Below are positions 29,835-37,099 of a stretch of DNA of 64,000 nucleotides, piece by piece. Both the position numbers and the translations under genes were made by a program. Origin of the DNA: Deltaproteobacteria bacterium (GTDB lineage Bacteria; Myxococcota_A; Polyangia; Polyangiales; JADJMO01); NCBI GenBank assembly GCA_016182965.1, contig JACPFM010000024.1, forward strand, positions 15,891 through 79,890, written 5' to 3'. Within the stretch, counting starts at the first letter, position 1. Every line of letters begins with the position of its first letter. Under the pieces are notes generated by a model that saw only the letters and a list, made by a program, of their open reading frames with translations, ran no database searches and was not told where the DNA came from.

Positions 29835-30430
29835 GCGCTCTGCGTCGATGGATCGCGCGGGTCGCGGTGCCGTTCGTGGTGCCGTTCGTGCTTGGGGGGC
29901 TCACCTGGGTCGCGTGGGCGGCCAACGGCGACAACCCGGCCGTGCAGGCGCAGCAGGTGCTCGCCGAGCTCGAGGCGATGCGCGCCGGGCCGGCGCTCTC
30001 CGGCCCGCCAGCCGACGGAGGGGCCGACGGAGTGGCCGCGCCCGCGCCGGTCTCCATGCCGGCGCTCGACGCGGCCGCACACGCGATCGGCGAGTCGAAG
30101 AAGGCGCTCTCGCGCGCCGGCGAGCTGCGCAACGTCGGCGACGTCGCGCGCGCCGAGGTGGCCGAGGACGCCGCGCTCGAGTGGGCGCTCGCCGCGCGCG
30201 ATCTGGTCAAGGGCATCGAGCTCGAGCGCAAGGCCGACGAGCAGGCCGCGGCGGCGACGAGCGCGAGCAGCAAGGCGACGCGCGCGCGCACGCTGCTCGA
30301 GGAGTCCATCGCCAAGCGCGCCAAGCTGCAGCAGGAGCTCGACGCGCTCGACAAGGAGGCCGAGGCGCGCGCGCTCGACGCCGGCCCCGCCGACGCGGGG
30401 AAGCCGAACAAGAAGGGCGGCGCGAAATGA
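29831..30430 (+). CDS. hypothetical exported coiled-coil protein
   Basis: N-terminal hydrophobic segment VAVPFVVPFVLGGLTWVAWA. The Ala/Glu/Lys-rich remainder looks helical. 4-nt overlaps with both neighbouring genes. Confidence 0.5.
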   Translation: MSALRRWIARVAVPFVVPFVLGGLTWVAWAANGDNPAVQAQQVLAELEAMRAGPALSGPPADGGADGVAAPAPVSMPALDAAAHAIGESKKALSRAGELRNVGDVARAEVAEDAALEWALAARDLVKGIELERKADEQAAAATSASSKATRARTLLEESIAKRAKLQQELDALDKEAEARALDAGPADAGKPNKKGGAK

Positions 30431-31560
30431 GGCGCCAGCTGCGAGCGCTCGCGCGCTTCACGCTCCTCCCGCTGGTCGCGCTCGTGGCCGCCTGCCCCAG
30501 GCCGCCCAAACCGGTGGTGTTCGCGCACCTCGATCAGACCCGCACCACGGCGGCCGTCAGCGCCGCGCGCGACGGGAGCCCCACGACGTGGGCGAAGGCC
30601 GAGTCGCTCCGCAAGAAGGCCGAGGAGGCGTTCGCGCGCGGCGACACCGCGACCGCCGACCTGCTCGGCCAGCACGCGCTGGCCGCCTACCACCACGCCG
30701 CGGCGACCGCGCGGCTCACGAAGGCCACCGTGCGGCAGTCGCTCGAGGCGGCGCGGCTCGCCAAGGGCGAGGAGCTGCTCGCCGCCGACGAGGCCGCGCG
30801 CGTCGACATCGATCGCGAGATCGATCGTCTCGAGGCCGAGATCGCCATCCGCAAGGAGGCGCTCTCGCCGGTCGGCTCCGGCAAGACCGACGCCGCGCGC
30901 GAGGCCGCGCGGTGGATCGCCGCCCGCGCCAACCTCGCCGTCGCCGACGCGACCTGCAGCGGCGCCGCCCTGCTCGCGCCCACCGCCAAGGGCGTGAGCG
31001 AGGCGCGGAAGATCCTGGCCGAGGTCGCCGCCAAGGCGAAGAACGACAAGTCGGCCGCGCCGATCGACGCATCGACGCGCGCGCGCGCCCTCTGCCTCAA
31101 GGCGCTGACCAACGCCCGCGCGGTCGCGGTCGCGGGCGCCGGTCCGCTCGGCGACGAGCTCTCCGCGGAGCTCGCCGCGGCCGGGTTCCAGACGGCGCGC
31201 GACGAGCGCGGCGTCGCCGCCGTGCTGCCGATGGTGCCGGCGAACGAAGCGCCGTTCGAGGCGGGCGCGAAGTTGACCGCAGCCGGCAAGAAGCGCCTCG
31301 CCGCGCTCGGCGCGATCGCCAAGGCCCACCCCACGTGGGCGCTCGTCATCGTCGTGCACGCCGCGCCCGGCAAGACCGACGCGGCCCGCGACGCCGCGCG
31401 CGCCAAGGTGGTCTCGCAGGAGCTCGCCGCCGTCGGCGTCGACGCGAGCCGCATCGCGGTCAGCACGCCGGGCGCTGCGCTGCTCGCGCACGACCCCAAG
31501 GACCCGAAGTCGCACCCGAAGAACGAGCGCGTCGAGCTCGTGTTCGTCGCCGGGTCGTGA
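30427..31560 (+). CDS. lipoprotein with OmpA-like C-terminal domain
   Basis: MRRQLRALARFTLLPLVALVAAC lipobox. C-terminal ...LVIVVHAAPGK..AKVVSQELAAVGVDASRIAV...NERVELVFV resembles the OmpA/MotB peptidoglycan-binding fold. Confidence 0.6.
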   Translation: MRRQLRALARFTLLPLVALVAACPRPPKPVVFAHLDQTRTTAAVSAARDGSPTTWAKAESLRKKAEEAFARGDTATADLLGQHALAAYHHAAATARLTKATVRQSLEAARLAKGEELLAADEAARVDIDREIDRLEAEIAIRKEALSPVGSGKTDAAREAARWIAARANLAVADATCSGAALLAPTAKGVSEARKILAEVAAKAKNDKSAAPIDASTRARALCLKALTNARAVAVAGAGPLGDELSAELAAAGFQTARDERGVAAVLPMVPANEAPFEAGAKLTAAGKKRLAALGAIAKAHPTWALVIVVHAAPGKTDAARDAARAKVVSQELAAVGVDASRIAVSTPGAALLAHDPKDPKSHPKNERVELVFVAGS

Positions 31561-31575
31561 CCGGCGCCGTCGTGA

Positions 31576-32229
31576 CTACTGCTCGACCCAGGCGCGGAGG
31601 TCGAGATCGGGCCCTTTGGAGCGCTGCCACGCCGGGCGCATGAGCAGCTGCTGCACCCAGTTGACGATCTTCGGGTACTCCGACAGATCGAGCTCCATCT
31701 CGACGAGGCGACGCAGCGTCGGCGCCCACGCGCAGTCGGCGATGGAGAACGGACCGCACGCGTACCCTCCGACCGACTCCGGCGGCAGGATCGCCTCGAC
31801 GCCGTCGAGGCAGGTGCGCACGTTCCCCTCGATCTTCCGCTCGTCGTCCGCGTCGCGGACGCCGTGCGGGAAGTTGGCGAAGCGCCGGCGCTCGAGGGGC
31901 GCGATGCGCGGCCGCATGGTGCACCCGAGCAAGTCGAGCATGCGGTCGACGCCGGCCCGCAGCTTGGGGCTGCGGGGATAGAGCTCCTCGCCGCCCTTGG
32001 TCTCGGCGAGGTAGCGCAGGATGGTGTTCGACTCGGTCAGGACGAAGTCGTTGTCGATCAGCGTGGGCAGCAGCCCGAACGGGTTGATCGCGAGGTACTC
32101 CGGCGTGCGGGTACCGACCCCGAACATCGCGACCTCCCGCGACTCGTAGGCCAGCTCCAGCTCGGCGAGCAGGAAGCGGACCTTCTGCGCGTTGCTCGAC
32201 AGCGGCGATTCGAAAAGGATCAGGCTCAT
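31576..32229 (-). CDS. glutathione S-transferase
   Basis: N-terminal thioredoxin-like domain (SSNAQKVRFLL..INPFGLLPTLIDNDFVLTESNTILRYL) and a helical C-terminal domain. Confidence 0.85.
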   Translation of the reverse strand: MSLILFESPLSSNAQKVRFLLAELELAYESREVAMFGVGTRTPEYLAINPFGLLPTLIDNDFVLTESNTILRYLAETKGGEELYPRSPKLRAGVDRMLDLLGCTMRPRIAPLERRRFANFPHGVRDADDERKIEGNVRTCLDGVEAILPPESVGGYACGPFSIADCAWAPTLRRLVEMELDLSEYPKIVNWVQQLLMRPAWQRSKGPDLDLRAWVEQ

Positions 32230-33077
32230 TCGTCGGCTCTCTTCTTGGCCGCGCTCTCCCGACCGGCGCGCTTCTTCGGCTTGGCCAACTTCACCTCGGG
32301 CTCAGGCTTCTTCGTCCCGAAGAAGTACACGAGGACGATGGAAAGGAAGTACAGCAGGCACAACGGTACGCTGACCAGGGTCTGGCTGACCACGTCGGGG
32401 GGGCTGAAGATGGCGCCCACCACGAAGGCGATCAGGATGAAGTAGCGACCGAAGCGCCAGAGCTGCCGGTGATCGACCAGCCCGACGATCCCCATGAACA
32501 GGAGGATCAGCGGCAGCTCGAACGACAGCCCGAAGATGAGGATCGTCTGCAGGACGGTGTCGAAGTACCCGCTCACCATCTGCATCGGCGCGATGCGCAT
32601 GTCGGTGCCGGGGATCGGCGTGTGCAGCGTGAAGAAGTACTTGAACGCCATCGGCAGCGCGACGAAGTACGCGAAGGCGCCGCCGGCGACGAAGAGCAGC
32701 GTCGCGAACGTCACGAACGACAGGCTCAGCCGGCGCTCGCGCTTGTAGAGCCCGGGCGCGATGAACGCCCACAGCTGGTAGAACATCGCGGGGCTCGCGA
32801 GGAACAGCGCCGCGTACAGCGCCACCCGCATGTAGACGGTGAACGGCTCGGCGAGCGCGCCGTGCAGCTCCGGCGCGTCCTTGAGGTTCGCGAGCTTCCA
32901 GGCCTTCGCCAGGGGCCGCGTGATGAAGCCGAGCAAGACGTCGGCCTTCCACCAGCAGATCAGGAAGGCGACCACGTAGATCTTGAGCGCGCGGATGATG
33001 CGTAGCCGGAGCTCCGAGAGGTGCTCCAGGAAGGTCATCCGCTTTTCGTCGAGATCGGGGCTGACCGCGGTCGTCAT
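32226..33077 (-). CDS. tatC: twin-arginine translocase subunit TatC
   Basis: MTFLEHLSELRLRIIR, FYQLWAFIAPGLYKRERR, FELPLILLFMGIVGLV. Six TM segments. Confidence 0.92.
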   Translation of the reverse strand: MTTAVSPDLDEKRMTFLEHLSELRLRIIRALKIYVVAFLICWWKADVLLGFITRPLAKAWKLANLKDAPELHGALAEPFTVYMRVALYAALFLASPAMFYQLWAFIAPGLYKRERRLSLSFVTFATLLFVAGGAFAYFVALPMAFKYFFTLHTPIPGTDMRIAPMQMVSGYFDTVLQTILIFGLSFELPLILLFMGIVGLVDHRQLWRFGRYFILIAFVVGAIFSPPDVVSQTLVSVPLCLLYFLSIVLVYFFGTKKPEPEVKLAKPKKRAGRESAAKKRADE

Positions 33078-33562
33078 GTGGCGCGCGCCTCCCCGGGCTC
33101 CGAGCTCGTCGACGTGCGCTCGGCGGACGCCGTGGCCGAACCAGCCCCGGTCGAGGCGGCCACCACGCCCTCGGGGACCTGCAGCTTCGGCAGCTCCGAC
33201 CCGAGCTCGGGGTAGACGAACGAGTCCTCGGGCAAGAGGCCCTGCGCGTCGGCGCCGATCACCGGGTACTCCCGCTCACGGCGGATGCGATCGACCTCGA
33301 CGTTGGGCAGCGACAGCTGCTCGGGCTGCCCGGGCTTGGCGTAGTCCATCCGCTCGATGTGGTCGGCGAGGCGCTCGAGATCCTGGAAGTCGCCGCGGAG
33401 GACCTCGTCGAGGCCGGTCTCCCGACGCACGTCGGTCATCAGCCGCTTGATCGAGCCGATGGTGCGGCCCGCCGTGCGCAAGAGCTTCGGCAGGTCCTTC
33501 GGCCCGATCACGATCAACGCGACCAGCGCTAGGACGACGAGCTCGCCGAAAGAAAAACCCAC
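33074..33562 (-). CDS. TatA/TatB family protein (TatB-like by length)
   Basis: GTG start. MGFSFGELVVLALVALIVIGPKDLPKL followed by an amphipathic helix and a long acidic tail. Overlaps the tatC start by 4 nt. Confidence 0.85.
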   Translation of the reverse strand: MGFSFGELVVLALVALIVIGPKDLPKLLRTAGRTIGSIKRLMTDVRRETGLDEVLRGDFQDLERLADHIERMDYAKPGQPEQLSLPNVEVDRIRREREYPVIGADAQGLLPEDSFVYPELGSELPKLQVPEGVVAASTGAGSATASAERTSTSSEPGEARAT

Positions 33563-33581
33563 GGGGGTGGCAGTCTAGCAA

Positions 33582-33689
33582 GTCGTCCGTCATCAGTCGT
33601 CAGTCGTCAGCGCTGCCACGTCCGGTCGGCTGTGCTTCGCCCCAGCGCGGTTCTCGCCCGATGACTGACGACTGACGACCGATGACTCA
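33582..33689. repeat. inverted heptamer-array cassette between the response-regulator gene and tatB
   Basis: Arm 33582-33610: GTCGTCC GTCATCA GTCGTCA GTCGTCA G. Arm 33662-33689: TGAC TGACGAC TGACGAC CGATGAC TCAG, which contains the regulator stop codon at 33687-33689. The arms are reverse complements (22 nt with 1 mismatch), separated by a roughly 54-nt core. Confidence 0.95.
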
Positions 33690-34295
33690 GAATTCGCCGA
33701 AGAGGTCCTGGATGCGCGCGTCGAGCGACACCGCGATCTTGTAGAGCGAGCTGATCGACGCCGACGACTCGGCGCGCTCGATCTGCGAGAGCAACGACAC
33801 CGACAGCCCCGTGCGCCGCGCCATCCGCTTCAGCGTGCGGATCTTCTCCTTGCGGAAATTCCGGATCGTGTCGCCGATCGCCTTGTGCAGCTGCTCCTCC
33901 GGCGTGCGCGCGAGGCCCTTCTTGCGCATCACACGGTTGAGCACCTCGCGGAACTCGTCGACGTTGAACGGCTTCTTGATGTAGTCGACAGCGTCGAGCT
34001 TCATCGACGCGACCGCCGTCTCGAGGTTCGGGTAGCCGGTGAAGATCACCACCGCGATGTCGCTGTCGACCTTCCGGATGCGCTTCAATACCTCGATGCC
34101 GTCGAGGCGCGGCATCATCAGGTCGAGCACGATCAGGTGGTAGCCGCCGTGGCGGACCTCCTCCTCGACCTGGAGCGGATCGCTGAGCGTCTTGACCTGG
34201 TAGCCATCCCGCTCCAGCAGCGTCTGCATGTAGTCGAGGATCGCGCGCTCATCGTCGACGATGAGGATCTTGATCGCGGGAAGCTGCACGGTCAT
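33687..34295 (-). CDS. response regulator, receiver plus XRE-type HTH
   Basis: ILIVDDE..HLIVLDLMMPRLDG..KP receiver domain. C-terminal LKRMARRTGLSVSLLSQIERAESSASISSLYKIAVSLDARIQDLF is a Cro/C1-type HTH. GC is lower than in neighbouring genes. Confidence 0.85.
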   Translation of the reverse strand: MTVQLPAIKILIVDDERAILDYMQTLLERDGYQVKTLSDPLQVEEEVRHGGYHLIVLDLMMPRLDGIEVLKRIRKVDSDIAVVIFTGYPNLETAVASMKLDAVDYIKKPFNVDEFREVLNRVMRKKGLARTPEEQLHKAIGDTIRNFRKEKIRTLKRMARRTGLSVSLLSQIERAESSASISSLYKIAVSLDARIQDLFGEF

Positions 34296-34473
34296 GCGGT
34301 CCAGTGTAAGCGGATCCGTCCTCGGTGTTCAAGCGGGTCGGCCGGGCCCCGCGCGGCTCGTGCACCGCCCGAAGCTCGAAACGCCGCGGAACCAAGCCGA
34401 TCGCGTGCTGACCCGGTGCGTCACGAGGATCCCTCTTGTCAGGTACGGCGCTTTGACGAATGGTGCGCGACCG

Positions 34474-35670
34474 ATGAGCGTCACGCCCTCCACCAAGAAC
34501 GCCGTTGCGGCGACCGCGGCGCACGAAAACGGCAAGAACGGCGCGGCTCACGTGTTGGGGCCGGCGCTCTCGCCGCTGGTCACGCACGAGCCGGTCCGCG
34601 TGATGCGCGAGGACGGCACGGTCGATCCGGCGCGTGATCCGAAGCTGTCGGACGACCGGCTCGTCGAGCTGTACTCGATGATGGTCCGCACGCGCATCAT
34701 CGACGAGCGCCTCGTGACCTTGCAGCGCCAGGGCCGCATCGGGTTCCACATTGGCTCACTCGGCGAAGAGGCGACGATCATCGGGTCGGCCGCCGCCGCG
34801 CGCCCGCAGGACTGGATCTTCCCCTGCTATCGCGAGTTCGGCGCGCTCCTGCTGCGGGGAATGCCGCTGCAGAGCTACGTCGACAACATGTTCGGCAACG
34901 CGAACGATGCGGTGCGCGGGCGCCAGATGCCCGACCACTACACCGGCAAGCCGTATCATTTCGGCTCCGTCTCCTCCCCCATCGGCACGCAGATCACGCA
35001 GGCTGTCGGCTTCGCGTGGGCGGCCAAGATGAAGAAGGACGACCTGGTCACCCTCGTGTACTTCGGCGAGGGCGCCACCTCGTCGAACGAGTTCCACAAC
35101 GGGGCGAACTTCGCCGGCGTCTTCAAGACCCCCACCGTCTTCCTCTGTCGCAACAACGGGTGGGCCATCAGCATCCCGGCGAGCAAGCAGTCGGCGTCGC
35201 AGACGTTCGCCGACAAGGCCGTCGCCTACGGCATCCGCGGCGTCCGCGTCGACGGCAACGACGTGCTGGCCGTCTACCTCGCCACGCGCGAGGCCATCGA
35301 GCGCGGCTCGCGCGGCGAGGGTTCGACGCTCCTCGAGCTCCTCACCTACCGCCTGTCCGGCCACTCCACGAGCGACGACCCGAAGGCCTACCGCAAGGAC
35401 ACCGAGGTCGAGGCCTGGAAGAGCAAGGACCCGAACGTGCGGTTCCGCGGGTGGCTCGAGCGCCGGGGCCTATGGAACGACGAGAAGCAGACCAGGCTCG
35501 AGGAGGCCGCCGCGGCCGAGCTGCAGGCGTGCGTGCAGGCCGCCGAGAAGGCGCCGACGCCGACGCTCGAGTCGATGTTCGACGACGTGTACGCGGAGCT
35601 GCCCTGGCACCTCCGCGAGCAGCGTGACGAGCTCGTGCGCGGCCCGCGCGCCAAGGGGCACGGACACTGA
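34474..35670 (+). CDS. 2-oxoisovalerate (branched-chain 2-oxoacid) dehydrogenase E1 alpha
   Basis: ATG at 34474. QGRIGFHIGSLGEEA, YREFGALL, TPP motif YFGEGATSSNEFHNGANFA, NNGWAIS, YRLSGHSTSDD. Confidence 0.9.
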   Translation: MSVTPSTKNAVAATAAHENGKNGAAHVLGPALSPLVTHEPVRVMREDGTVDPARDPKLSDDRLVELYSMMVRTRIIDERLVTLQRQGRIGFHIGSLGEEATIIGSAAAARPQDWIFPCYREFGALLLRGMPLQSYVDNMFGNANDAVRGRQMPDHYTGKPYHFGSVSSPIGTQITQAVGFAWAAKMKKDDLVTLVYFGEGATSSNEFHNGANFAGVFKTPTVFLCRNNGWAISIPASKQSASQTFADKAVAYGIRGVRVDGNDVLAVYLATREAIERGSRGEGSTLLELLTYRLSGHSTSDDPKAYRKDTEVEAWKSKDPNVRFRGWLERRGLWNDEKQTRLEEAAAAELQACVQAAEKAPTPTLESMFDDVYAELPWHLREQRDELVRGPRAKGHGH

Positions 35671-35671
35671 G

Positions 35672-35689
35672 GCGCGCCTACCGGCGCGC
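35672..35689 (+). terminator. GC hairpin directly after the E1alpha stop
   Basis: GCGCGCC-TACC-GGCGCGC: 7-bp stem and 4-nt loop, starting 2 nt after TGA (35668-35670). No U-tract, and inside an operon, so it may be a stabiliser or attenuator rather than a terminator. Confidence 0.35.
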
Positions 35690-35690
35690 A

Positions 35691-35718
35691 GTCGTCAGTC
35701 GTCAGTCGTCAGTCATCA
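35691..35718. repeat. heptamer array, stop-proximal arm: (GTCGTCA)x3 + GTCATCA
   Basis: Read directly: gtcgtca gtcgtca gtcgtca gtcatca. Confidence 0.95.
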
Positions 35719-35750
35719 GCCGAGACGCGAGGATGCCCTTGGCGCTGACA

Positions 35751-35764
35751 AGTGAGCGCTCACT
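35751..35764. repeat. perfect 14-bp palindrome AGTGAGCGCTCACT
   Basis: Self-complementary over all 14 positions. It lies between the heptamer arm and the octamer array. Confidence 0.9.
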
Positions 35765-35862
35765 ACTGAGGGAGACTGAGGGACTGAGGGACTGAGGGAC
35801 TGAGGGACTGAGGGACTGAGGGACTGAGGGACTGAGGGACTGAGGGACTGAGGGACTGAGGC
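35765..35862. repeat. tandem octamer array (ACTGAGGG): 11 perfect + 1 imperfect copy
   Basis: First copy at 35765-35772, then a 2-nt AG insert, then 10 perfect copies at 35775-35854, then ACTGAGGC. Eleven GGG tracts are spaced by 5 nt on the coding strand. Confidence 0.95.
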
Positions 35863-35882
35863 ACCGACGACCGACACCCTCT

Positions 35883-35943
35883 CGACTGACGACTGACGAC
35901 TGACGACTGACGACTGACGACTGACGACTGACGACTGACGACT
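35883..35943. repeat. heptamer array, start-proximal arm: (CGACTGA)x8 + CGACT (equivalent to TGACGAC units)
   Basis: Eight perfect units at 35883-35938 plus a partial unit. Followed by GGAG (35945-35948) and the E1beta ATG at 35957. Confidence 0.95.
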
Positions 35944-35956
35944 CGGAGACCGACCG

Positions 35957-36931
35957 ATGCCCCAGATGAACATGGTCCAGGCGATCAACGACGCGCTTCG
36001 CCTGGAGATGCGCAAGAACGACACGGTCGTGGTCCTCGGCGAAGACGTCGGGAAGGTCGGCGGCGTGTTCCGCGTCACCGCCGGGCTCTACGACGAGTTC
36101 GGCGACGACCGCGTCATCGACACGCCCCTGAGCGAGGGCGGGATCATCGGCACCGCGATCGGCATGGCCCTCTACGGCCTCGTGCCGGTGCCCGAGATCC
36201 AGTTCGGCGACTTCATCTTCCCCGCCTACGACCAGATCGTCAGCGAGCTCGCCAAGTTCCGCTACCGCTCCGGCGGCGAGTACGTGAGCAAGCTGGTCAT
36301 CCGCACGCCGGTGGGCGGCGGCATCCGCGGCGGCCACTACCACTCGCAGTCGCCCGAGTCGCAGTTCATCCACGTCGCCGGCCTGAAGGTGGTCTGCCCG
36401 TCGAACCCCTACGACGCCAAGGGCCTCTTGCTCGCGTCGATCCGCGATCCCGATCCCATCCTCTTCTTCGAGCCCAAGCGCATCTACCGCGCGGCCAAAG
36501 GCGAGGTGCCCGAGGGCGAGTACACCGTGCCGCTCGGCAAGGGCCAGATCGTCAAGCCCGGCAAGCACGTGACGGTCGTCGCGTGGGGCGCGATGCTCTA
36601 CGAGGCGCTCGACGCGGCGGCGCAGGCGCAACAGAAGGGCATCGACTGCGAGGTCATCGACCTCCGCACGCTGTGGCCCCTCGACATCGACATCATCGTC
36701 GAGAGCGTGAAGAAGACCGGCCGCGTGATCGTGGTCCACGAGGCGCCGAAGTCCTGCGGGTTCGGCAGCGAGATCGTGGCCCTGATCAACGAGAAGGCGT
36801 TCCTCCACCTCGAGGCGCCGCCGGTGCGCGTCACCGGCTTCGATACGCCGTTCCCCTACACGCTCGAGATGGAGTACCTCCCCCTCGCGCACCGCATCCT
36901 GCCCGCCATCGTGCAGACGGCGCAGTACTAG
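35957..36931 (+). CDS. 2-oxoisovalerate dehydrogenase E1 beta
   Basis: MPQMNMVQAINDALRLEM..VVLGEDVG..GGVFRVT..DTPLSEGGIIG..PEIQFGDF.., transketolase-like pyrimidine-binding and C-terminal domains. Confidence 0.92.
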   Translation: MPQMNMVQAINDALRLEMRKNDTVVVLGEDVGKVGGVFRVTAGLYDEFGDDRVIDTPLSEGGIIGTAIGMALYGLVPVPEIQFGDFIFPAYDQIVSELAKFRYRSGGEYVSKLVIRTPVGGGIRGGHYHSQSPESQFIHVAGLKVVCPSNPYDAKGLLLASIRDPDPILFFEPKRIYRAAKGEVPEGEYTVPLGKGQIVKPGKHVTVVAWGAMLYEALDAAAQAQQKGIDCEVIDLRTLWPLDIDIIVESVKKTGRVIVVHEAPKSCGFGSEIVALINEKAFLHLEAPPVRVTGFDTPFPYTLEMEYLPLAHRILPAIVQTAQY

Positions 36932-36965
36932 TCGTCAGTCATCAGTCATCAGTCATCAGTCATCC
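36931..36965. repeat. heptamer array, stop-proximal arm: GTCGTCA + (GTCATCA)x3 + GTCATCC
   Basis: Begins with the last base of the E1beta TAG (36929-36931). Confidence 0.95.
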
Positions 36966-37030
36966 GGGGGGCCTCGCTCGCCGATGCATGCTTCGAGGTG
37001 ACGGACGCTGACGAAAGAACCGACGGCTCA

Positions 37031-37088
37031 CGACTGACGACTCGCGCGACTGACGACTGACGACTGACGACTGACGACTGACGACTCG
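37031..37088. repeat. heptamer array, start-proximal arm: CGACTGA, CGACTCG, CG, (CGACTGA)x5, CGACTCG
   Basis: Five perfect units at 37047-37081. Followed by GAGGA (37088-37092) and the E2 ATG at 37100. Confidence 0.95.
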
Positions 37089-37099
37089 AGGAACTCAAC

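Noticed and set aside
35691-35943. Possibility that the tandem repeats are a CRISPR array or minisatellite-encoded peptide
   Set aside because: The units are 7-8 nt with no spacers, far below CRISPR repeat and spacer sizes. No cas genes are present. On the sense strand the arrays contain TGA in all three frames.
35702-36892. Minus-strand ORFs (also 35716..36078, 36949..37287) encoding SVVSRQSSVVSRQ and LSPSVPQSLSPSVPQ repeat peptides
   Set aside because: They exist only because the reverse complements of the heptamer and octamer arrays contain no stop codons. The remainder is antisense to the E1beta gene, which has strong homology.
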